IMG/VR virus record: IMGVR_UViG_3300048927_000250
Location: 124,001 to 188,000 of that record
Length of the DNA: 64,000 nt
Strand: one strand, 5' to 3'
Both the position numbers and the translations under genes were made by a program. Each line of letters opens with the position of its first letter. The first letter of the stretch is position 1. The notes beneath the pieces were generated by a model. The model searched no databases. It was not told the origin of the DNA and saw only the letters and a program-made list of their open reading frames with translations. Of this stretch, positions 20,719 through 29,432 are shown in pieces.

Positions 20719-20756
20719 CAGGTACCCTGCTTCCCCAAAAGGGAAGCAGGGCCTGT
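20719..20756. terminator. Terminator between convergent genes
   Basis: CCCTGCTTCCC/GGGAAGCAGGG stem. Confidence 0.75.
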
Positions 20757-20762
20757 ATGCGC

Positions 20763-21425
20763 TTACTCGCTGATGCGGGTAATGTAACCAATCAGACGCT
20801 CGCGGGCCGCAGTGGTGCGGCAGACGCTGGCAGACTGTTGCAGGTTGTAGTACTGCAATGCGTTCTTGCGCCCTTTCGGGTCAGCGAAGGTCAGCACGCA
20901 GTCGATGGCGAAACGAATCGCATTGATACGTTTGTCGGACAGGTTCAGGTGAGAGAAACCACGGAAGATGGCTTCGGCACCAAACACGCGATTCGGGTTC
21001 TCACGAACCAGACCCATCAGACGACCCATTACCACCACGAAGTCTTCGTCGCTTTCCAGGTTAAAGGTGGTGAGCACCAGATTAACCAGGGATTCTTGCA
21101 ACGATTTCAGTGAGCTCACGGTTTGGCGGTTCGCAGGGTTGGCGTCTTTGACGTACTTATCCCACTGAAGAACCAGAGACTTCGCCAGACCAGAGACTTC
21201 GTCGTACTGGGTGAACGCAGAGTTTGCATCGGCAACCGGACGCTGAGTTTCAACCGCTGCGCCAACAGACGCCTCTGTGGTTTCAACCGCCACTTCGGCT
21301 GCTACCTGAGTGTCATGGACGGTTTGTTCGCCGTCTTGCTGCTGTTGGGTTTCCGCCACCTGGTTAGACAGGTCGCTGGAGGTGCGCAGGAGGTCCTGCA
21401 CCTTATCGGCATTGTTCTTTGACAT
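20763..21425 (-). CDS. Hypothetical (probably virion) protein
   Basis: Start moved to ATG 21425 (MSKNN, SD AAAGGA); low-complexity N-terminus with AVE sites. Confidence 0.6.
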   Translation of the reverse strand: MSKNNADKVQDLLRTSSDLSNQVAETQQQQDGEQTVHDTQVAAEVAVETTEASVGAAVETQRPVADANSAFTQYDEVSGLAKSLVLQWDKYVKDANPANRQTVSSLKSLQESLVNLVLTTFNLESDEDFVVVMGRLMGLVRENPNRVFGAEAIFRGFSHLNLSDKRINAIRFAIDCVLTFADPKGRKNALQYYNLQQSASVCRTTAARERLIGYITRISE

Positions 21426-21474
21426 GGAAACTATCCTTTCAAATGAATGGGAGTGGTACATAACAAGGTTGGGG

Positions 21475-22875
21475 TCAGCGCATGGCTTTCCAGTCCATCT
21501 TCTCGACCTTCAGTGCCACACCGTGCATACGTGACATCATGATGTACATCAGACGGTTACCGATTTCCGTGGCAACCGCAGGGAGAGATTGTTCACGGTT
21601 ACGGAAGTTCTCACCCATGCAGTGGATGCAGAAGTTACCTTCAGTCGCTGCGCAGTACATTGGGCTACGCAACAGTACACGTTTACCAATGAACTCTTTC
21701 TCGTTGTCCACGGTAATGAGTACGTCTTTCGACGGACCCTGAGCGTACGTGCCGTGATACGACTGGATGTTGTCGTTGTCCAGCGTACGGAAGCGTCCCA
21801 GTTTGGTCTTACAGTCTTCCATGGAGATAACGGTTGACATGAAGAAGCGCTGGAACACTTTTGCCAGTTCACCACCGAGGGCGGTCATGGCACCACGGTT
21901 GTACGAGCCGTCAATCAGGCTGTTAGCCATCTGTGGGAGTTTGGTGATATCCCACTGCTCAGAAAGCGAGCGTTCAATGACGGTGATTTTAGAGCGGTCT
22001 GTGAAGTCGTACTCGATACCGTGCATCAGGAACTGTTTGGCACGCACAACGTCAAAGGTCTTACCCGGTTGCAAGAACCCTTTGTCGGGGTCGTTCGCCT
22101 GGAACTCTTTGTCCGCGTCAATCAACGTCTTCATGATTTTCGCAATGGTCGCCGGGTTTTGTAAGTCGTCGATGTATTTCTCGAGCAACTCTTTACGCAG
22201 CTTACGAATCTCAGGGGACACGGTGATGGTGAACGGGGTTGCGGCCGGAACGCCTAATGGGAGCCAGCCCGTAGTGGAATAGGCCGCATGGTAATAGCGC
22301 TCATCCAGTTCATCCACGTAAATGGCTTTCGGGTCACGAGGCTTCCCTTCTTCCGGCAAGGATTGGGTCAGCTCCGCGATAATCATCTCAACCTTTTTCA
22401 GGCTGAACTTCCCTTCCTGATACGGGATACGGTCACCGAACGAATACACCAGAACCACCATGTTCAGTAAGAGGTTACCGTAACAGGTGTGCTTTATCGG
22501 TTCCAGGACGTTCGGGATGGCGCGCTTCGGTAAGAAGATGTGCTCCAGGAAGCGGAAGAAACTCTCACGCTTCTGCATCCGTGGCGTAAGCTCTTCCAGC
22601 TCCACCCAGACGTTCTCTTCCGGGTCAGCGTACACAACCTTCCCGTTATCGTTAAAGAGCTGGTACGGGTACTTCTCGAACGCATAGCGGTCGGGTTCAT
22701 CGGTGAAGCGGTAAGGGAGCATCTCCTTCTCTTCCACCGGTAAGGCACTGTAACGAACCAGCTCCCCTTCCGGCTTCGGTAGCAGACGCACAATCCCGAA
22801 ACACTCGATAATCCATTCCTTGTAAAGGTACGCACCCCCGTTAAGGGCGCGCAGGAAGTATTCCAACTTATTCAT
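21475..22875 (-). CDS. Virion RNA polymerase beta' middle subunit (phiKZ gp80-like)
   Basis: Bridge-helix-like SYNRGAMTALGG; zinc ligands DCKT and RSPMYC...CIHCMG. Confidence 0.85.
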   Translation of the reverse strand: MNKLEYFLRALNGGAYLYKEWIIECFGIVRLLPKPEGELVRYSALPVEEKEMLPYRFTDEPDRYAFEKYPYQLFNDNGKVVYADPEENVWVELEELTPRMQKRESFFRFLEHIFLPKRAIPNVLEPIKHTCYGNLLLNMVVLVYSFGDRIPYQEGKFSLKKVEMIIAELTQSLPEEGKPRDPKAIYVDELDERYYHAAYSTTGWLPLGVPAATPFTITVSPEIRKLRKELLEKYIDDLQNPATIAKIMKTLIDADKEFQANDPDKGFLQPGKTFDVVRAKQFLMHGIEYDFTDRSKITVIERSLSEQWDITKLPQMANSLIDGSYNRGAMTALGGELAKVFQRFFMSTVISMEDCKTKLGRFRTLDNDNIQSYHGTYAQGPSKDVLITVDNEKEFIGKRVLLRSPMYCAATEGNFCIHCMGENFRNREQSLPAVATEIGNRLMYIMMSRMHGVALKVEKMDWKAMR

Positions 22876-23710
22876 GGTTATCCCCTACTTCCGGTAAGGC
22901 CCGCAGCGCACGACCTACCTGAATGGCTTTGTTCGGGTCACCAAAGATAACGTTCAGGGTTTCCCCGGCTTTGGTCTCAAACGCTTCCCCGGTCAGGTTG
23001 GCAAATAACCCGATGGTCTTCAACATCTTGGCGGCTTTCTGCGCATCCAGGGTGGTGATTTCACGGTAGAAGTAATCGACGTAATGGTCAAACGTCAACC
23101 CCAGTTGTCCGCCGTGCTGGAAGTACCGGACCATCCCGGTGGTTTCGTACAGTGCCATACCGGCTTTCACACGGGCACGGTGTGCCGGGTCATCGGTACT
23201 GTCTTCTTCCATCAGGTAGTCTCGTCGGTCGGCGACAAGTTCTCGGATTCGCTTAATGAGTGACGTGGAGACTTCCTGCACCAGTTCACAAAAGCTCTCT
23301 GTGGCAACGTCGGATGAGATGGAGTTGACGATTTCGCCCATAGCGAGCTTAGGTCCCATGGCATCGTTAAGAATGGTGCGAAACTCTTCCAGGTTATCGT
23401 GATGCTCGAGCTTGTACAATGCATCGCAGATGGCATACAGCAGTGGTAAGGCTCCGTAGTATTCAAAGTCATCATTCAGGTACACTCCGAACTCTTCGAT
23501 ACGTTCACACAGGTTGTTAACCAACCAGCTGTAGAACCCGTTCACGTTGTCCGCGGTAGTATTATTTTCTACCGTTGACGCTAATGTATTGAGTAACATA
23601 TCCGTGGTAACGGGGTCAATCTCACGAATCAACTTAGCGGCGTCTTTATATAGGGTCGCCTGTTCCGGACCGAGTGCCCGGAAAATATAATCGAGATAGT
23701 CGTCAATCAT
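22868..23710 (-). CDS. Conserved hypothetical protein (phiKZ gp79-like)
   Basis: 280 aa; SD GGAG; overlaps the start of the vRNAP subunit gene. Confidence 0.6.
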   Translation of the reverse strand: MIDDYLDYIFRALGPEQATLYKDAAKLIREIDPVTTDMLLNTLASTVENNTTADNVNGFYSWLVNNLCERIEEFGVYLNDDFEYYGALPLLYAICDALYKLEHHDNLEEFRTILNDAMGPKLAMGEIVNSISSDVATESFCELVQEVSTSLIKRIRELVADRRDYLMEEDSTDDPAHRARVKAGMALYETTGMVRYFQHGGQLGLTFDHYVDYFYREITTLDAQKAAKMLKTIGLFANLTGEAFETKAGETLNVIFGDPNKAIQVGRALRALPEVGDNHE

Positions 23711-23807
23711 TGGTATCTCCCGCTTGGCGGTTATTTTTTCACATATATCAGACTTAAGATGTTAAATTCTACGTCACCCATCCACTTATCCAAAAAGGAA
23801 GTGCGCC

Positions 23808-24338
23808 ATGCCTGTTTCAAAGAACAACCGTAAAACCAAAAAGGTCAAAAAACAAAAAGGTTACCGCCCGGTTCGTACACTTCCGGGGTACAAGCTGGTT
23901 AAAGAAACCTGCCAGAAGATTGATGACATCTTGTTCGAGACTGCAAAGCTCGCCAAGATTGTGGGTGTGATGGAAGACCAGTTCTCTCCGGAACACAAGA
24001 TTGAATCGCAAGCGCACCTGCGGGCGATTATTGAAGTGCTGGCTCCGGGTAAAGCCATTGATGCACAGGGCGTGGAAGTGGAATACGCCGCCTTCCCACT
24101 GCGTGTCTCTGCGCTGGAAAAAGAAGCGGATAAGATTGCTGCGCGTGCGCACGCAGACGACCTGGAGTTCGTCCCGATTCTGAACATGGCTGAAAATTAC
24201 CTGTCCACCCTGATTACGGGTACCGGTGAAGCCATTTCTCAACTGGCCATTCTCGTTGACACTTACGCACCACGTGAAGACGGCGTGAGCGAAGTGCTGG
24301 AAAAGCAAAAGGAAGAAACTGATGTCCAACCTGCCTGA
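23808..24338 (+). CDS. Hypothetical protein with a Lys-rich N-terminus
   Basis: 176 aa; SD AAGGA. Confidence 0.65.
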   Translation: MPVSKNNRKTKKVKKQKGYRPVRTLPGYKLVKETCQKIDDILFETAKLAKIVGVMEDQFSPEHKIESQAHLRAIIEVLAPGKAIDAQGVEVEYAAFPLRVSALEKEADKIAARAHADDLEFVPILNMAENYLSTLITGTGEAISQLAILVDTYAPREDGVSEVLEKQKEETDVQPA

Positions 24339-26145
24339 AGATACCCCGCCACTCCCGGCGGGTCTACGTCCGTTACCCGATACCGCATTTAAAGACGATG
24401 ATGCGGTCGTCGAAGTCGTCAGCCAGCAGCCGGAGATTGCTCAGGTGGCTGCTGAACCTGCTCCCCAGCAAACTGAACCTGTTGCTGATGCCCAACCCGT
24501 TCCTGAAGCGGTAACTGAAGCAACGGCGACTGCCACTGACCTACCGAAAGACGCCACCGTGTCTGACGATGATGCGCCAGTGGAACAGGCCCCAGAAGTG
24601 AGCGAAGTCGGGTTCTTCTTTGATGACGACAAAGTGGAAGGGAAAGTTGACCTTTCTCGTTCGCCATTAAAGGATGCGTCGAATAAGGCTAACTTCTCAG
24701 CGAACCTGTCTCTGCTGCGCACCACTCTGGAGGATTACTACCTCCGCGGTGAGAGCATGGGCGACATGGCGGGACTGGATGATTACAACTGGTTCCTGGC
24801 CATGCGTGATGCTATCGACTCGTCTCTCTCCGGTAAAGGTCTGACTGAAGCTGTGGTGCGTGACCAAGCGCACTGGGTGAACGAAATCGCCACCGGGAAG
24901 AAAGGGCGTGAACTTCGTCTGCGTAAGACCCTGTTCAAACGTCCTGAAGGTCAGAAGAACGGTCAGGCGTTGGTGGGCAGTCGTGCTACTGAAGCGTTCG
25001 TTACCGGTACAGGTATCGGTCACCCGGTTCAGGTTCCTCTGTGGCGCACCGGTATCTGGGTGACCATGCGTACCCCGTCTATCGGTTACCTGGCCGAGAT
25101 TGACCGTGCGCTGGCGTTTGCCCGTCCTGAGCTCGGCATGGACACGTCTGGGATGTTGAACTCCAACGAAGCGTTGCTGTTCGAAGAAATCCTGGTTGAT
25201 GCTGCACTGCGTCTGGTAACGTCTACCAGCTACCCGATTGCCTCTTCGCCGCTGGAACTGAAAGAAGTCATCAGTGCCCACGACAAAGACCAGTTAATCT
25301 GGGGGATGGCTGTGGCGGCGTGGCCGGATGGTACTGACATTGCGATTCCGTGTACTGACGGTGAATGTCGTCACACTGACCGCGTCTTTGCTTCTCTGCT
25401 GCGTATGTCCTGGGTGGATGAAGGTCGTCTCACCACGGCACAACGTACCCACATGGACCGCGCGGGTACCGGTCGTGTAACGGATGAAGACCTGGAGAAA
25501 TACCAGGCTGACTTCCTGACGCACGAGAACGAGTACTTCGAGTACAAGAGTCGTCGCTTCAACTTCTTCGTTTCCACGCTGGCAGAATACTTCGCAAACG
25601 GTCGTCAATGGATTAACTCCGTGAACCGTGCGCTGGTTGAAGCCATGGGTGAAGACCTGGAAGGGAATGACCAGAAGCGTGCTGCGCTAATCAACAGCCT
25701 GATTAGTTCAGAGCAACTCTGTCGTTACGGTCACTACATCCGTAACATCGAAATACCGAACCCGGAAGATGAAGACTCCCCTGACACCATCGACGGGGAA
25801 GATGAGATTCGCGATATCCTGAAACTGCTGTCCGCAGAACCGGCTACCGTGAACGAACTGTTGCGTGCGGTGGATAGCTATATCCAGAACAGCATGGTTT
25901 CCCTCATCGCCTCCATCAACGTGCCGTGCTCGGCGTGTGGTAAACTTCACCTGAACCGTGGAGGTGAAGCACGACTGATTCTGCCGTTCAATGCTGCACT
26001 GGGTTTTTTTACCCTTGCGCAACGCAAGATGGTTCACGCGGGGATTCAGCCGCTGACCGACCTTTCGACGTTAGGCATCCGGAATTTTGTACAACAGGTC
26101 TCGGCGAACGCGTCTATGGCGTCCTCGAGTCTGCCGGTAGCTTAA
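24322..26145 (+). CDS. Conserved zinc-binding protein (phiKZ gp77-like); putative tail/baseplate-hub assembly chaperone
   Basis: 607 aa; CxxxxCxH and CxxC pairs; slippery GGGTTTTTTT near the 3' end. Confidence 0.65.
   Translation: MSNLPEDTPPLPAGLRPLPDTAFKDDDAVVEVVSQQPEIAQVAAEPAPQQTEPVADAQPVPEAVTEATATATDLPKDATVSDDDAPVEQAPEVSEVGFFFDDDKVEGKVDLSRSPLKDASNKANFSANLSLLRTTLEDYYLRGESMGDMAGLDDYNWFLAMRDAIDSSLSGKGLTEAVVRDQAHWVNEIATGKKGRELRLRKTLFKRPEGQKNGQALVGSRATEAFVTGTGIGHPVQVPLWRTGIWVTMRTPSIGYLAEIDRALAFARPELGMDTSGMLNSNEALLFEEILVDAALRLVTSTSYPIASSPLELKEVISAHDKDQLIWGMAVAAWPDGTDIAIPCTDGECRHTDRVFASLLRMSWVDEGRLTTAQRTHMDRAGTGRVTDEDLEKYQADFLTHENEYFEYKSRRFNFFVSTLAEYFANGRQWINSVNRALVEAMGEDLEGNDQKRAALINSLISSEQLCRYGHYIRNIEIPNPEDEDSPDTIDGEDEIRDILKLLSAEPATVNELLRAVDSYIQNSMVSLIASINVPCSACGKLHLNRGGEARLILPFNAALGFFTLAQRKMVHAGIQPLTDLSTLGIRNFVQQVSANASMASSSLPVA
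26001..26033 (+). other. Candidate -1 programmed ribosomal frameshift site
   Basis: GGGTTTTTTT followed by hairpin CTTGCG-CAA-CGCAAG; the -1 frame is open from 25968 to 26489. Confidence 0.7.
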
Positions 26146-26489
26146 CGGAGTTTCAGGCCAAGTTAGCGCTGCGACGGGCGTACGACCTGGACCACCGTAT
26201 CTACACCCCCGAATACGCCGCCAAACATCCGTACGCTCCCATGGAGATGCATAAGACGGAGATGGCGGCTAACCGAGGCATGTACGAGGCGTTAGTGGAA
26301 AAGTTCCGTGTCTACCGCATGAAGGACCTCTACGGGTATAACTACTCCGAGTTCCTTCTGTTACCGAATGACACGGCCCAGATGTTAATCCGGGATGCCA
26401 TCAAAGCGTCTGCTGCGGAAAACAAGCAAGACGCTGCTGCGGCGCAACTGGCTGATGAGTTGCGTAAGTTAGAAGGGAATAAGCAATAG
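26010..26489 (+). CDS. phiKZ gp76-like ORF, probably the -1 frameshift extension of the upstream gene
   Basis: Frame open well upstream of the first ATG (26241), which has no SD; ends immediately before a terminator. Confidence 0.6.
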   Translation, partial: YPCATQDGSRGDSAADRPFDVRHPEFCTTGLGERVYGVLESAGSLTEFQAKLALRRAYDLDHRIYTPEYAAKHPYAPMEMHKTEMAANRGMYEALVEKFRVYRMKDLYGYNYSEFLLLPNDTAQMLIRDAIKASAAENKQDAAAAQLADELRKLEGNKQ

Positions 26490-26527
26490 CCTTACCGTAC
26501 CTTCGGGTACGGTAAGGTTCTTTTATG
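26490..26527 (+). terminator. Intrinsic terminator
   Basis: CCTTACCGTACC-TTCG-GGTACGGTAAGG followed by TTCTTTTATG. Confidence 0.9.
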
Positions 26528-26573
26528 CGACTTCTTATAGCACTGGCAAAGTTAAGGTGAGGGAGCCTCTATA

Positions 26574-27206
26574 ATGGAAGCTAATCTGATGGGGTCGAGA
26601 AAGAAATCAAACGTCGTCGTGGACATTGACTTCGCAAACGCTGTAGTGGGCGACAAAACCCTGAGCAGTAAGATAGGTGGGTATAACTTCGTCCGGAAGG
26701 CCGGGACCGGTACCGCAAACGGCGATGATGGCGTTGTGGATGACCCAACGTACGGGAAGTGTTACCGTTTTAATGGCGTGACGTATTTTGAGGACGCAAT
26801 ATTACGTCCAGGTATCTGGAATAAAGAGTATCGCATCACCATCAGCTTCCAGAGTTTGTCCTCTCGGGCAGAGGCGGTATTCGGTACCGGGGATTATAAC
26901 CCTTCTCCTCAAGTAGGGTCGTCACTTAGCATTAACAACTACGCCAGCCAATGGATACAGTACTTCATGTGCAGTGGGGCTTACCAGAGGGTGCTATTAG
27001 ACGGTGCACGTCCAGCTGTCATGGAAACTCTGGTAATCACCCGGCGTTCAACGGGGATAACCATCGAGAGTACTCGAACGGGGCAAAAGAACACCTACCC
27101 AGACTTTAATACAGGTGGTGAAACCTTCTGGCGTATTGGCGTGGCTCAGAACCCGGCATACTGCTTCACGGGACTGTTAAAGTCGTTGAAGATTGAGTTG
27201 CTCTAG
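26574..27206 (+). CDS. Putative virion protein, ConA/LamG-like beta-sandwich, paralog 1
   Basis: Shares DxDFAxAxVGxK, GANGDxGVVxDPTYGKCYxFxG and FTGxLKSL with the next gene. Confidence 0.6.
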   Translation: MEANLMGSRKKSNVVVDIDFANAVVGDKTLSSKIGGYNFVRKAGTGTANGDDGVVDDPTYGKCYRFNGVTYFEDAILRPGIWNKEYRITISFQSLSSRAEAVFGTGDYNPSPQVGSSLSINNYASQWIQYFMCSGAYQRVLLDGARPAVMETLVITRRSTGITIESTRTGQKNTYPDFNTGGETFWRIGVAQNPAYCFTGLLKSLKIELL

Positions 27207-27217
27207 GGGAGTCAAAG

Positions 27218-27859
27218 ATGCTTGAATCTAACTTGTTCGGCGGGAAACACAAAAAAGTATTGTTGGACATCAACTTTGCTGATGCGGCCGTGGGCAGTAA
27301 AGTTATCACCGACTCTGGTCCCCTGGGGATACCGCTCACGCGTGCTGTCGTTGCAGGTGGTGCGAATGGAGACGGCGTAGTCAACGACCCCACGTATGGG
27401 AAGTGCTACTACTTCGATGGGTACGCGTATTTTCAGAACCTGTCACCGGTGTTGAATTTGGCGGACAGTAACTACGAGTTGACAATAGAGTTAGCGTTGG
27501 TGGGTAGTGGATTCATGTGCACGTTCGCTACGGGTGACTACCCGGCTGCCAACAACATCAAGAAAGGACTGGAGTTACTGCACAACCAACTCAGTCAGCC
27601 TATTCAGGTCTTCCAGACCACGGACGCGGGAGCGTTTCAACGCACTTACGGTTATGGTAGTGCCAATAACCAAATGTTGAAGCTCACGGTAAAAGAGGAC
27701 AGTACGAACATTACCGTCTCCAACAATCAAAACAGTAACCAGGCTGTTGCTGCCAGATTCCGGACTGGGGGTGATTCGTACCTGATGTTGGGGACGTCTC
27801 ACGGACTGGCTAACCGTTTCACGGGATACTTGAAGTCTCTACGGGTTGTCAAACTGTAA
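27218..27859 (+). CDS. Putative virion protein, ConA/LamG-like beta-sandwich, paralog 2
   Basis: Tandem paralog of 26574..27206; SD GGAG. Confidence 0.6.
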   Translation: MLESNLFGGKHKKVLLDINFADAAVGSKVITDSGPLGIPLTRAVVAGGANGDGVVNDPTYGKCYYFDGYAYFQNLSPVLNLADSNYELTIELALVGSGFMCTFATGDYPAANNIKKGLELLHNQLSQPIQVFQTTDAGAFQRTYGYGSANNQMLKLTVKEDSTNITVSNNQNSNQAVAARFRTGGDSYLMLGTSHGLANRFTGYLKSLRVVKL

Positions 27860-27865
27860 CGAAAC

Positions 27866-27900
27866 AAAAAAAAAGAAAGAGGGGCGAAAGCCCCTCTTTT
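27866..27900. terminator. Bidirectional terminator
   Basis: AAAGAGGGGC-GAAA-GCCCCTCTTT flanked by A and T tracts. Confidence 0.9.
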
Positions 27901-28363
27901 ATTCTCCATCCACCTCGTAAGGGTGGTGGACATCAATCTCTAAGTCAGTGGGGCCTAGAATGCGCTGTATCATCGGATAAACCTCCCAATGTTTCAGCCA
28001 CCCATTTCCACACCCGGGCATCGTCATCGCGATATCGAAGAGCCCACGCTGGTCATACGTGTCTCTGAGCTTAATCAGTCCCTGTTCAACCCACTCCATC
28101 TTAGACGGGGCTTTCCAGTCTACTTTAGTGGGGAACAACAGGATGATTTTTCCGTCGGGCATCCGCTCGCTGTACAACATGCCAATCTTGAACATCCCGG
28201 CGCGGCACCACTTACGGTACTTTTCGTAGAGGGCAGGATAGTTATCACGGCAATCCTTCGCAATCCCCGCACCCATCGCCCCAACGCAGTTCACCGTTAT
28301 CATGATGCACTCTTTATCAGTGTCCCAGATGTTCTGGTTCTTGAGCTTCCTGATGATTGCCAC
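27899..28363 (-). CDS. Macrodomain ADP-ribose hydrolase, DarG/TARG1-like
   Basis: VNCVGAMGAGIA, LFPTKVDWKAPS and IAMTMPGCGNG motifs. Confidence 0.9.
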   Translation of the reverse strand: MAIIRKLKNQNIWDTDKECIMITVNCVGAMGAGIAKDCRDNYPALYEKYRKWCRAGMFKIGMLYSERMPDGKIILLFPTKVDWKAPSKMEWVEQGLIKLRDTYDQRGLFDIAMTMPGCGNGWLKHWEVYPMIQRILGPTDLEIDVHHPYEVDGE

Positions 28364-28688
28364 TTTCTGATTTCTCCTTTATTTTTTCTACTAATCGCGT
28401 AATGGCATCGCCGCATTGGAAGATGACGTTGGTAAGATGACTGTGGTGCCCCAGTTTGTGGTGAATGGCTGTAACAAAATAGGGAAATTGTTCTTCGGTC
28501 GGGAACCAGCCGACGAACTGGTTCCACCCGATTCGAGCGACGTTGTCCTGGAGTAAATGTACTGCCACCATTGACTCAACGAGGTACCCCACTGTAATGA
28601 AATTGGAACCGGGTGAGACCTCATTCACTGAGACGAGATGTAACCCTTTCTCCTGACATTGGTAGTTATCAAAAACTTTAGGTTCCAT
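28317..28688 (-). CDS. Hypothetical protein
   Basis: 123 aa; SD AGGAG. Confidence 0.6.
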   Translation of the reverse strand: MEPKVFDNYQCQEKGLHLVSVNEVSPGSNFITVGYLVESMVAVHLLQDNVARIGWNQFVGWFPTEEQFPYFVTAIHHKLGHHSHLTNVIFQCGDAITRLVEKIKEKSESGNHQEAQEPEHLGH

Positions 28689-28703
28689 GAGCTGTCTCCT
28701 ACG

Positions 28704-28739
28704 AAAGAAAAAATAAGTAGGGGCAAAACGCCCCTACTT
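28704..28739 (-). terminator. Intrinsic terminator
   Basis: AAGTAGGGGC/GCCCCTACTT stem with a U tract on the - strand. Confidence 0.8.
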
Positions 28740-28849
28740 TCGGTTAAATTTCCCACCACGTATCGTTGGCTTTCGTGATGGTATCGGACCCCGACAAATG
28801 TGCTTTGTAATCTCTACGCATACAGAGTGGAGTCCAAGTAAAAAATAAC

Positions 28850-29368
28850 TCAAGGGCGGCGGGTGATGTTGAGCATGATGAAATAAATCAGGAGTGCCAT
28901 GATTTTACGGTTCACCTCAGCAGCCACACGCAGCTCTTTGTTCGCCTCCCGAATCCGGTCGTTGACATCTTTAAAGCATTTGTCGACGTAGAAGAAATCG
29001 GGCTGGTAGAGATACTGGAACTTCTCACACAGGACCAGGTCACCTTGGCGGGTTGCCAACACGACTTTGCGTTCTTCCAGGTTACAGCGGATAGCGAGCC
29101 AGGGGGCGTGGGTAGTCAGGTAACTGACCGCTGCAAAATCAAAGGTGCAACGTGTATCCGTATCCCCGGTATCGCGATAGACCAGTTTCAGTATCTGGTG
29201 AGCAATCTGACCACGACGGTTGGTGTCGTAAGTGTTAGCCAGGTCGTTCACCAGACAAGTTAATTGATAGCCCCGCTTACGGAAACGGAGATGACAGAAC
29301 AGTGCGTACAGTGGGTAGAGCAGAATCCCAAAGAACCGCCAGATGAAGTAGTTAGTGTTCGCAGACAA
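28850..29368 (-). CDS. Hypothetical membrane-associated protein
   Basis: Hydrophobic N- and C-terminal segments; SD AAGGAG before a TTG start. Confidence 0.6.
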   Translation of the reverse strand: MSANTNYFIWRFFGILLYPLYALFCHLRFRKRGYQLTCLVNDLANTYDTNRRGQIAHQILKLVYRDTGDTDTRCTFDFAAVSYLTTHAPWLAIRCNLEERKVVLATRQGDLVLCEKFQYLYQPDFFYVDKCFKDVNDRIREANKELRVAAEVNRKIMALLIYFIMLNITRRP

Positions 29369-29402
29369 AAGAAAAACTCCTTATCCCGTGGAGGGAATAG
29401 AA

Positions 29403-29428
29403 GCCACCAGAGGTTTCCCCCTGGTGGC
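29403..29428 (-). terminator. Terminator hairpin after the helicase gene
   Basis: GCCACCAG/CTGGTGGC stem immediately after the TAG stop. Confidence 0.7.
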
Positions 29429-29432
29429 CACG

